Sequence record: MT135025.1
Direction: 5' to 3' (one strand)
Length of the DNA stretch: 64,000 nucleotides
This document shows, piece by piece, positions 31,414-38,263 of this stretch. Under the pieces are notes generated by a model that was not told the DNA's origin, did no database searches, and was given only the letters and a program-made list of their open reading frames with translations. Made by a program: the position numbers and the translations under genes. Position 1 is the first letter of the stretch. Every line of letters starts with the position of its first letter.

Positions 31414-31448
31414 TGTTTATTCCTCATATTAAATTGCTGTAAAATGTC
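31409..31448 (-). promoter_or_regulatory. Translation-initiation hairpin of the Ro-like gene carrying the CAGCAA motif
   Basis: RNA GACAUU UUA CAGCAA uuuaauau GAGGA auaaac AAUGUC; helix includes the AUG, SD lies in the loop. Confidence 0.7.
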
Positions 31449-31462
31449 GTTTTGATGTGATG

Positions 31463-31491
31463 ATTATACACGGATTTGAACCCGTGTAAAC
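31463..31491 (-). promoter_or_regulatory. T4-like early promoter for the Ro-like gene
   Basis: GTTTAC-N17-TATAAT. Confidence 0.75.
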
Positions 31492-31504
31492 ACTTTTTTC
31501 AATT

Positions 31505-31819
31505 TTATCGAAAATTCATTCGTGTGAGATTCGTACCGTTTTCGTAAATCTCAACGAGAACACGACCGCCCGTTTCGTAAGACGTGCGAAGAGAACGATA
31601 ACCATGCTCTTCGAAGAATGTACGAATAATAGTCGCACCACGCTTGTCTTTATCAGCAGCGTGAATAGGCACTTTCACGATGATAGGGAAACTAGACCCC
31701 GACTCAACTGCGTGCATGAATTCTTTCTCACATTCGCTCGTGTAATGCTCGGTAAGAATTCGTTTTTCTTCTGCTTCACGAGCGTGAATTTGTTGTTTGA
31801 GTTCATTATGATTAATCAT
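31505..31819 (-). CDS. Hypothetical protein
   Basis: Coupled ORF. Confidence 0.75.
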   Translation of the reverse strand: MINHNELKQQIHAREAEEKRILTEHYTSECEKEFMHAVESGSSFPIIVKVPIHAADKDKRGATIIRTFFEEHGYRSLRTSYETGGRVLVEIYENGTNLTRMNFR

Positions 31820-32151
31820 TGAAACCCCGCTTGTTTGTTTTCTCGAATTGTCAATTTGACAAAAGAATATGAGTAATCTCTCATATCACGCGGATCGCCA
31901 GAGTAATGTCCGAACTGTGCGTCGAAGTTATGAAAACCCTCGCGTCGCATGACGCCTTTGATGAGAGACATCATTTCATCACAACATTCATTGCGGTCAA
32001 CATTCACCTGAATCGTGATTGGAAACTGAAACCCAGCAACGCCACCGATTTTACGTTCGATTGCTTTGCGCATTTCAACTACGAAGAGTTCTTCACGAGT
32101 TGAGCGATTCTGTTTGACTTTTTGAATTAATGTATCGTATAAATTACCCAT
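31816..32151 (-). CDS. Hypothetical protein
   Basis: Start MGNLYD at 32151 with GGA RBS. Confidence 0.75.
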   Translation of the reverse strand: MGNLYDTLIQKVKQNRSTREELFVVEMRKAIERKIGGVAGFQFPITIQVNVDRNECCDEMMSLIKGVMRREGFHNFDAQFGHYSGDPRDMRDYSYSFVKLTIRENKQAGFQ

Positions 32152-32518
32152 CAATATATTCCTTAATCGGCTTAGAAAAGTGACGAATACAAGAACTGTC
32201 AAGTCGTTTACGACCATCACCATCTATATCAGGTAGTGTGTATTCGTCATTAAACGGCTGACCGCTTTCTTTCGCAATCTCATAGGCATCGGCTCGATTG
32301 AAGTATTCACCACAATAGTTGATAAACCCCTGACCGCGATCCCCGAGTTCGTTTCGATGTTCATATGTACAACCTAGTTCTTTCAATAACTTAAAGACTG
32401 ATTGCATGTTTCGACCGAAATGGCAGCTATCAGCAACAACAATGTCGCGCACTTCACCGTTCGGTAGTGTCACTCGAATTGCATTAGCAGCAGACGATAT
32501 TACATTGACGTGCGACAT
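32144..32518 (-). CDS. Conserved phage hypothetical protein
   Basis: QGFIN..GEYFNR.DAY.IA...GQ pattern. Confidence 0.75.
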   Translation of the reverse strand: MSHVNVISSAANAIRVTLPNGEVRDIVVADSCHFGRNMQSVFKLLKELGCTYEHRNELGDRGQGFINYCGEYFNRADAYEIAKESGQPFNDEYTLPDIDGDGRKRLDSSCIRHFSKPIKEYIDG

Positions 32519-32856
32519 GTATCGTACCTCATAAAAATTGAACCAACGCGCTTATACTGTCCAGAGTGAGAAAGCAACCGAGCCATTTTACTATGACCAA
32601 CGGGATTGCTTGTCACTAGAACAACAGTGCGCGGAAAATTACGATGATCAATCGCATGAGAGAGAATATCATACCCCTCTCTACCAACATCATCACCTAG
32701 GTCATTATCCATGAATAGAGTGATGTCAGTTAGATTTGTGTGCTTGACGAAATTCATACCGTATTCGAATGTACGAAGAACTAGCTTTTCATCGTCGCGT
32801 ACGTAATCTGACGTGAACTTATTAATATCACGCAGATCATCAATCATAACGTACAT
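32500..32856 (-). CDS. Cyclic-phosphate-processing receiver-domain protein
   Basis: IDDLR, DNDLG, GYD, TSNPVG motifs. Confidence 0.75.
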   Translation of the reverse strand: MYVMIDDLRDINKFTSDYVRDDEKLVLRTFEYGMNFVKHTNLTDITLFMDNDLGDDVGREGYDILSHAIDHRNFPRTVVLVTSNPVGHSKMARLLSHSGQYKRVGSIFMRYDTCRTSM

Positions 32857-32918
32857 AATATTTCTCTTTCGTTAGTGTTGATAAATACATCATACAGGTT
32901 CAACAAACGGAAGTCAAC

Positions 32919-33290
32919 ATGAACGACGAAAAAATTATTTCTTTTGATGAATATCTAAATGAAGGGTGGTTTGAAAGGCAATGGGCTAGATATAAGGCAG
33001 GTGAAGATGCACGCAGCATAAAGAAACTAGCTAAGATGCATACCAAGCTTCTGCACATCGAACAGAAAGCAAAGCAAAACAAATACCGATACGAAGCCGT
33101 ACGGTTCAACTACGAACACATCAAAATGAATGTGCTCGATGCCAAGAAGATAATTAACAAGCTGCGATACAAGAAAGGAATTAGTCAAGAGCTAGTTCAG
33201 GCAATGGATAAACTAGACATTGAACTCGATAGACTCAACGACTTTGCCGTTGAGGGATTGCATGAGCTAATGATTCAACATAAGCTATAA
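32919..33290 (+). CDS. Putative internal head protein
   Basis: GATAAATA late-type promoter; N-terminus SFDEYLNE. Confidence 0.7.
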   Translation: MNDEKIISFDEYLNEGWFERQWARYKAGEDARSIKKLAKMHTKLLHIEQKAKQNKYRYEAVRFNYEHIKMNVLDAKKIINKLRYKKGISQELVQAMDKLDIELDRLNDFAVEGLHELMIQHKL

Positions 33291-33291
33291 A

Positions 33292-33320
33292 AGAAAAGCC
33301 CCGTTTTTGGGGCTTTTTTG
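33292..33320. terminator. Bidirectional terminator
   Basis: aaaagcccc-gttttt-ggggcttttttg. Confidence 0.8.
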
Positions 33321-33321
33321 T

Positions 33322-33534
33322 TTAATGTGAGTGGCGTAACTTCTTTTCGATCATTCGATCTACAATCGTGGAGTACATAAGATGCTCTTTGTAGTATTTC
33401 TCATCAACTCGGTTGCACTGGAATTGTCGAAAATCTTTGCGTAAGCGGGCAATGAATTTATTAAGTGCTTTGCGCACTTTGCAAACTTCAGACAGTTCCA
33501 TGCTTTTTAGTGTATCTTCAGAAAGTATTTCCAT
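33322..33534 (-). CDS. Hypothetical protein
   Basis: GAGG RBS. Confidence 0.7.
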   Translation of the reverse strand: MEILSEDTLKSMELSEVCKVRKALNKFIARLRKDFRQFQCNRVDEKYYKEHLMYSTIVDRMIEKKLRHSH

Positions 33535-33560
33535 GATTGTTCACCTCTTAGTTAATAGAA

Positions 33561-33609
33561 TACGGGAGACACGGGAATCGAACCCATTGCCTTGACCACA
33601 TATCTCCCA
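33561..33609 (-). ncRNA. Minimal tRNA-like RNA (acceptor + T arm, no anticodon arm)
   Basis: GGGAGAU/GUCUCCC stem, AUGGG-UUCGAUU-CCCGU T arm, 14-nt linker with UGGUCAAGGC. Confidence 0.55.
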
Positions 33610-33632
33610 CTGAGAGTTACGCCAATCTGAGG

Positions 33633-33863
33633 TTAGTGTGCTAGACGCATCAAACGGCGCATACGTTCGCGTTCAGATAAATCTTCCAAATTTTCTTGTT
33701 TCACCTCTTTGATTTCTTCTTCGGGTTCTTCAGCTTCCTTTTTGATTTTTTCAGCATCAGGACCGATGTTTTTCCAAAGCGAAGCATTTCGCCAGTTATC
33801 GTTAAAACCATTACCTAAACCGCGCCCTTCACGCGCATGAGATTTTTGATGAATGTTTTTCAT
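33633..33863 (-). CDS. Hypothetical protein
   Basis: Coupled to upstream gene. Confidence 0.6.
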   Translation of the reverse strand: MKNIHQKSHAREGRGLGNGFNDNWRNASLWKNIGPDAEKIKKEAEEPEEEIKEVKQENLEDLSERERMRRLMRLAH

Positions 33864-34069
33864 TATTCGTTAGATTTCTTTGTTACTTGTCTTGCTACGC
33901 CAACAGCAGCAGCACCAGCAGCTACTTTAGCACCTGTTTTTGCCGCCTTACCGGCTTTTTTAGCGCCCGACTTGATACGATCTTTTACAGAACGTTTCTT
34001 TTTCTTTTTGTCTTCTGGGCGCGACTCTTCGATTTCTGACATGAATTTGTCAAAGGTTTTCTCACTCAT
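33863..34069 (-). CDS. Putative basic internal head protein
   Basis: CTAAATA late-type promoter; MSEKTFDKFMSEIEE leader; K/A-rich body. Confidence 0.7.
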   Translation of the reverse strand: MSEKTFDKFMSEIEESRPEDKKKKKRSVKDRIKSGAKKAGKAAKTGAKVAAGAAAVGVARQVTKKSNE

Positions 34070-34106
34070 GACCTATCTCCAGTTAATTGAGTTCATTTGT
34101 ATTTAG

Positions 34107-34484
34107 TCATGAGAAAATGTGTTTTCGGCTCAACTGCACATCAAATTCATTTTCGAAGCGACAGCGTTCAGTCCCGTAAAGTACATCATCAAGCGTGAAT
34201 CGTTTTCGCTTTCGTGTGTGAAGGTTCATATAACGCTCTAGAGCAGTGTCTGAGTCGAATTCAATACGTTCACAACGTCTTTGTTCGGATGTCTGTGAAT
34301 AATCGCTTACAGTGCGATACAGAAACAATCCGCGTACCACTACTGCGTTAAGTGTATTTGAACTTTTGATTGTCACGCCGTCAATATTTTCATAACGACT
34401 CAAGGTAAAGATTATCTCTGAGTCTGGCATTTCAGCGACGCGCTTCATTTTGGATATTGATGTTCGTTTGTTTGATTTGTACAT
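34107..34484 (-). CDS. Hypothetical protein
   Basis: GAGG RBS before ATG at 34484. Confidence 0.7.
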   Translation of the reverse strand: MYKSNKRTSISKMKRVAEMPDSEIIFTLSRYENIDGVTIKSSNTLNAVVVRGLFLYRTVSDYSQTSEQRRCERIEFDSDTALERYMNLHTRKRKRFTLDDVLYGTERCRFENEFDVQLSRKHIFS

Positions 34485-34530
34485 AGTTATCACCTCATAA
34501 TGACTGTACATGATTTATCATGCGCTATAA

Positions 34531-34557
34531 ACAAAAAAACCTGCTCAAGGCAGGTTC
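34531..34557 (-). terminator. Terminator closing the RNA cluster
   Basis: aacctgc-cttga-gcagg + T8 on the minus strand. Confidence 0.75.
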
Positions 34558-34563
34558 TAATGT

Positions 34564-34824
34564 GCAATACACAGACATTCGAGAAGTGTTTTATCGTCTT
34601 TGCTTAAATCTCAATTGACTATCTCGATGTTTCTCATCGAGAAAATACCCATGATTCGGCATGAGACCTATTTCGTTTTACAGTACGAACACCGTCTTAA
34701 TGGTCATTTCCTACCACGAGAATGCGACAGGCTCACGTCATCACTGAGAAAGCAGCTAGTGCGCCTCATTACTATTAAAGTTTGCTTCTTTGATTAGTAA
34801 TATTGCTGTACAATGTCTTATTGC
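34564..34824 (-). ncRNA. Large structured RNA L1 (261 nt) with terminal helix + CAGCAA
   Basis: 5' GCAAUA-AGACAUU pairs with 3' AAUGUCU-UAUUGC; core shared with L2. Confidence 0.7.
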
Positions 34825-34829
34825 GAATT

Positions 34830-34918
34830 TGGCGGAGATACTGGGAATCGAACCCAGAGAACGCTATTAACGTCCGACACCTTAGCAGGGTGCTGTCATA
34901 CCTTTAGACCATATCTCC
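34830..34918 (-). tRNA. tRNA-Ser(GCU)
   Basis: Cloverleaf with long variable arm, CCA. Confidence 0.92.
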
Positions 34919-34923
34919 GTAGA

Positions 34924-35103
34924 TCATTTCTTACCACGCTCTGCTTTGCTAATCTCGACAGCAGCGATTTGCGCGTTGGCTTCTTTCTCAGTGTCATGAG
35001 TACCAAGTACTCGACCTTTAGATGAAAGAGCAACCCATTTGTCGCCACGCTTCTCGACTTTCTCAACAAGCTTGTGGTATTCATCAAACGTTTTAAGTTT
35101 CAT
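34924..35103 (-). CDS. 59-aa putative internal head protein (missed by ORF track)
   Basis: TATAAATA late promoter, GAGG RBS, MKLKTFDEYHKLVE...GDKW...LGTHDTEKEANAQ. Confidence 0.75.
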   Translation of the reverse strand: MKLKTFDEYHKLVEKVEKRGDKWVALSSKGRVLGTHDTEKEANAQIAAVEISKAERGKK

Positions 35104-35154
35104 TTGTCATCCCTCAGTTAGTTTATTGTATTTATAACTGAACGACTTTTAAAC

Positions 35155-35355
35155 AGTGGCATGCTGCTCTCATGCTCAGACACATATTTGCTCTTATTGC
35201 AGGCGTGTGCCACGCGCAGCGCAGATCCCTTTTGATAATTTAATGACCAGCGGGACTCTTAGCAGGTCTTACACATAGCCTTTCAGCTATATCTTCTTTT
35301 AAGACCATAGTGTCGTACGGTCTAATCACTCTCTTTCGATTCGCGTTGCTAAGTG
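35155..35355 (-). ncRNA. Unidentified multi-hairpin RNA
   Basis: Non-coding; hairpins at 35159-35175, 35275-35290, 35302-35323. Confidence 0.45.
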
Positions 35356-35359
35356 AATT

Positions 35360-35436
35360 TGGTGCCCAACCCGAGATTCGAACTCGGATCATCTAGTGTT
35401 TGAAACTAGCGCCTCTGCCAATTGGACTAGTTGGGC
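35360..35436 (-). tRNA. tRNA-Leu(CAA)
   Basis: Cloverleaf, CCA. Confidence 0.92.
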
Positions 35437-35439
35437 TTG

Positions 35440-35550
35440 AATGAGCTGCCGCAACTCTTTAATCCCTAACGCCTGTCAGCTTTCGCCCGGCTGAGACCGT
35501 TTTCAACGGCGGTAGTCTAGCTTCGTGTAGAACGCGGCTTATGCTAGAGT
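35440..35550 (-). ncRNA. Unidentified GC-rich structured RNA
   Basis: GCCGC/GCGGC closure; CCGUU-GAA-AACGG and UCAGC..GCUGA hairpins. Confidence 0.45.
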
Positions 35551-35551
35551 T

Positions 35552-35628
35552 TGGTACGCACGGGCGGATTCGAACCGCCATCCCTGAGATTTTAAGCCTC
35601 ATGCCTCTGCCAATTGGACCACGTGCGC
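35552..35628 (-). tRNA. tRNA-Leu(UAA)
   Basis: Cloverleaf, CCA. Confidence 0.92.
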
Positions 35629-35630
35629 AG

Positions 35631-35704
35631 TGGAGCCCGAACAGAGAATCGAACTCTGACCGCGGGATTTGCAATCCCTCATACTTCCATTATACGATTC
35701 GGGC
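35631..35704 (-). tRNA. tRNA-Cys(GCA)
   Basis: Cloverleaf, CCA. Confidence 0.9.
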
Positions 35705-35712
35705 AATTTGTT

Positions 35713-35806
35713 AGTGCATTGCATGGACTACTGGCGATCTTAATGGGTATCTCAAGCATTCAGAATTCCCATGCGCTACTACAATGCTTTTTTCGCTAAA
35801 TGCACT
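35713..35806 (-). ncRNA. Unidentified RNA with 8-bp terminal stem
   Basis: AGUGCAUU/AAUGCACU termini; inner AUGGG/CCCAU. Confidence 0.4.
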
Positions 35807-35807
35807 T

Positions 35808-35884
35808 TGGGGTGACAGACGGGGATCGAACCCGCATCTTCCGGAATCACAACCCGGGGGTATTTCCACTTCACCCACTGCCAC
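35808..35884 (-). tRNA. tRNA-His(GUG)
   Basis: Cloverleaf, C discriminator, CCA. Confidence 0.88.
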
Positions 35885-35938
35885 ACCAAAGTACACTTTG
35901 GGATGTTTACGACATCAAACGAATGCGCTCCCTGTGCA

Positions 35939-36178
35939 TTAATCAGTTTTCTTTAAGTAGATACTATCAGGCGATAGCTCTCTCGTAAACATATTTTTGA
36001 AATAAATTTCGATGTCATCAGAAGTTGTTGAAGACTCAATTTCAAGAGCACGTTCTAAAATCTTACCGCGTTTATAACCAGCGCGCCAACAGTCAAACAT
36101 AAGTCTGTCCATGCGTTTCAGTTTTTCAATTTGGTTTTGATTTACGTATTCGTGAGTTTCAAGTAATACAGGCGTCAT
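35939..36178 (-). CDS. Hypothetical protein
   Basis: GAGAAA RBS. Confidence 0.7.
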   Translation of the reverse strand: MTPVLLETHEYVNQNQIEKLKRMDRLMFDCWRAGYKRGKILERALEIESSTTSDDIEIYFKNMFTRELSPDSIYLKKTD

Positions 36179-36201
36179 AATTTATTTCTCATCATAAAGA
36201 A

Positions 36202-36275
36202 TGGTAGTCCCTAGTGGAATCGAGCCACTTCTTTCTCTGTGTAAAAGAGACGTACTGCCATTATACTAAGGGACC
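36202..36275 (-). tRNA. tRNA-Val(UAC)
   Basis: Cloverleaf; T loop CUCGAUU variant. Confidence 0.85.
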
Positions 36276-36280
36276 AAAAT

Positions 36281-36354
36281 TGGAGCGGGTACACGGACTC
36301 GAACCGAGACGAACGACTTGGAAGGACGTCATGCTACCATTACATCATACCCGC
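36281..36354 (-). tRNA. tRNA-Gly(UCC)
   Basis: Cloverleaf, CCA. Confidence 0.88.
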
Positions 36355-36358
36355 ATTG

Positions 36359-36516
36359 TTAATCTGAAGCGTCGAACAAATCACGTATTGCACGCAGATT
36401 CGTAAGCTCTACAGTAAGTGTTCTTATAAAGAACGGGTTGGTCTCTTTCGCGAGACGATTTTCAACACAGCGAATCTTATCGCGTATGTTGCCCTTGCTT
36501 AGTGTAAAGTAGTCAT
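36359..36516 (-). pseudogene. Small gene with an apparent 1-nt frameshift
   Basis: GAGGA RBS + ATG gives MTTLH*; the open frame SKGNIRDKIR... continues in a shifted frame. Confidence 0.4.
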
Positions 36517-36541
36517 GCTTCTTATCCTCTTTGCTTGAATT

Positions 36542-36617
36542 TGGTGGAGACACCGATACTCGAAATCGGATCTAATGGCTTATGAGACCATTGCTCTACC
36601 ACTTGAGCTACATCTCC
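36542..36617 (-). tRNA. tRNA-Met(CAU)
   Basis: Cloverleaf, CCA. Confidence 0.88.
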
Positions 36618-36621
36618 AAAA

Positions 36622-36840
36622 GTAGTAATTAACTCATTTAATCGCACACGGGCTGACACCATATATTCATGGTCTGAGCGAGGAACCACATAGTGGGTAC
36701 TATTACCTCATCTTAGTTTTGATTGTTTTACATGACGATAACTAGAAACGTTCATAATAATGCCACGCGATACTTCCTGTATCACGGCTAACTGAGTTAG
36801 CATATCGTGCCTTTCGGCTGTAGTGTCGTTTCCGACGAAT
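36622..36840 (-). ncRNA. Unidentified multi-hairpin RNA region
   Basis: Hairpins GUCG-GAAA-CGAC, GCC-GAAA-GGC, GCUAAC-UCA-GUUAGC, GAUAC-AGGAA-GUAUC, ACCAU..AUGGU. Confidence 0.45.
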
Positions 36841-36847
36841 TAAGTAC

Positions 36848-37061
36848 AGACAATACCGAAGTGTTTTTTCGTCTTTAACATGAATCGGAGTTGACTATCT
36901 TGTTGCTTCTCAACAAGCAAATATCGTCTGTTTCAGCGACGCGCCTATCTGACTATTTCTAGGCAGAGAGAATCTTTCCTTTCAAGCTGCACCGAAGCAC
37001 TGCCCAGGTTAAGATCATTACCATTTTTAGTAAGATTTTAATTTGTTGCTGTATATTGTCT
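36848..37061 (-). ncRNA. Large structured RNA L2 (214 nt), paralogue of L1
   Basis: AGACAAUA/UAUUGUCU termini + CAGCAA; shared core with compensatory changes. Confidence 0.7.
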
Positions 37062-37122
37062 CTCAAACCATGCTCGTGATATGCCGAAGCAAGTATCATT
37101 CGCCGCATGATAGAGCTTAATC

Positions 37123-37198
37123 TGGCATCCCCAGAGGGATTCGAACCCACAACCCACGACTTAGAAGGTCGTTGCTCTTCCAATTGAGCTATGAGGAC
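37123..37198 (-). tRNA. tRNA-Arg(UCU)
   Basis: Cloverleaf, CCA. Confidence 0.92.
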
Positions 37199-37207
37199 GT
37201 TGAAAAG

Positions 37208-37273
37208 AATTCGATCCATGAGCTATTGCGTAGAAGATGGTAGTAAAGAGACTCTACACTCATGTGATCGAAA
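37208..37273 (-). ncRNA. Long imperfect hairpin RNA
   Basis: UUCGAUC..AUGAG..UAGA / UCUA..CUCAU.GAUCGAA. Confidence 0.4.
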
Positions 37274-37275
37274 TT

Positions 37276-37350
37276 TGGTGGACACGCAGGGAGTCGAACC
37301 CTATCTTCCTCATTGCAAGTGAGGCGCTTTCCCAATTAAGCTAACGGCCC
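37276..37350 (-). tRNA. tRNA-Ala(UGC)
   Basis: Cloverleaf, CCA. Confidence 0.9.
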
Positions 37351-37357
37351 ATAATTA

Positions 37358-37567
37358 TTACAACTGTGTGATTGAAATATGATCCCAGCCGTATAGACCT
37401 TCAAGCTCTTCAATCGGCTCACCAACAATATCAGAAATATATTCAGCAACTTTTGCTTCAATTTCTTCATCAGATAGTTTTTCATCAACGGAAAAAGCAT
37501 CTTCGTTATTGTTGCCACCGAAATAGCCACCAATGTCATATTCACACCATATTGAAATATAGTTCAT
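37358..37567 (-). CDS. Acidic hypothetical protein
   Basis: GAGAA RBS before MNYISIW. Confidence 0.7.
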   Translation of the reverse strand: MNYISIWCEYDIGGYFGGNNNEDAFSVDEKLSDEEIEAKVAEYISDIVGEPIEELEGLYGWDHISITQL

Positions 37568-37592
37568 GTTATTCTCACAGTTGTTTAGAAAA

Positions 37593-37668
37593 TGGTGCCC
37601 TGACACGGATTTGAACCGCGAACCTGCTCATTACAAGTGAGCTGCACTGCCAGTTGTGCTATCAGGGC
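37593..37668 (-). tRNA. tRNA-Thr(UGU)
   Basis: Cloverleaf, CCA. Confidence 0.92.
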
Positions 37669-37674
37669 GTTACT

Positions 37675-37787
37675 GAGTGTTATTACTTGCGTCGTCCAGA
37701 CCAGAGATACCAACTCTGAAAGGGAATCGAACCCCAAACATTTCTTTTCGTAAGAAGAATATTAGTAATTGTTTGCTGAAAACACTC
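37675..37787 (-). ncRNA. YrlA-like Y RNA (permuted tRNA mimic)
   Basis: Order: terminal stem + CAGCAA, T arm (GUUCGAUU), loop-closed acceptor CAGAG/CUCUG, D arm GUC-UGGAC-GAC, 3' strand. Confidence 0.75.
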
Positions 37788-37796
37788 TTCGGTATT

Positions 37797-37870
37797 TGGC
37801 AGGGGATAACGGATTCGAACCGGTACTGCGTGAGTCAAAGTCACGTATGCTGCCTTTACATCAATCCCCT
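37797..37870 (-). tRNA. tRNA-Gln(UUG)
   Basis: Cloverleaf, CCA. Confidence 0.9.
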
Positions 37871-37889
37871 ATTATTCTTAAATTATCTT

Positions 37890-37965
37890 TGGCGGAACCG
37901 ACGGGGCTCGAACCCGCTTCCTTTCCCGTGACAGGGGAATATGCACCCAGTTACACCTCGGCTCC
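37890..37965 (-). tRNA. tRNA-Asp(GUC)
   Basis: Cloverleaf, CCA. Confidence 0.9.
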
Positions 37966-38033
37966 CCAAAGACAACTTAAATTAGTTGCTTTGTTTTTCA
38001 AGTTCACACTTAACGGTAGTGACTCTCCGAATT

Positions 38034-38109
38034 TGGCGCTTCATGTTGGACTCGAACCAACGACTCTCTGATTAACAGTCAGACACTCTACCAACTGAGT
38101 TAATGAAGC
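38034..38109 (-). tRNA. tRNA-Asn(GUU) 1
   Basis: Cloverleaf, CCA. Confidence 0.92.
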
Positions 38110-38110
38110 G

Positions 38111-38185
38111 TGGCGGGCGTGGAGAATTTCGAAATCTCGACCTTCAAGTTAACAGCTTGCTGCTCTGCCTCTGAGCTACACACCC
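38111..38185 (-). tRNA. tRNA-Asn(GUU) 2
   Basis: Cloverleaf, CCA. Confidence 0.88.
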
Positions 38186-38189
38186 TTTA

Positions 38190-38260
38190 AATTAAACAGC
38201 AATCCTTTTCTCTTTTTCCAAATAAAAGTTTTGTATTGTTTGCTGAAAGATTGCTTAATT
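38190..38260 (-). ncRNA. Minimal Y-like RNA Y2
   Basis: AGCAAUC/GAUUGCU stem + UUU CAGCAA; shares UUCAGCAAACAAU with the YrlA-like RNA. Confidence 0.6.
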
Positions 38261-38263
38261 CTG

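Noticed and set aside
392-32103. Many antisense or nested ORFs in the track (e.g. 392-853, 8847-9158, 22794-23114, 27353-27718, 29606-29980, 30191-30466)
   Set aside because: They overlap well-supported genes on the other strand or frame and have no RBS or motifs; shadow ORFs.
31505-32151. Paralogy of the two adjacent hypothetical proteins (FPI.V.V ... G pattern)
   Set aside because: Similarity too weak to support by eye.
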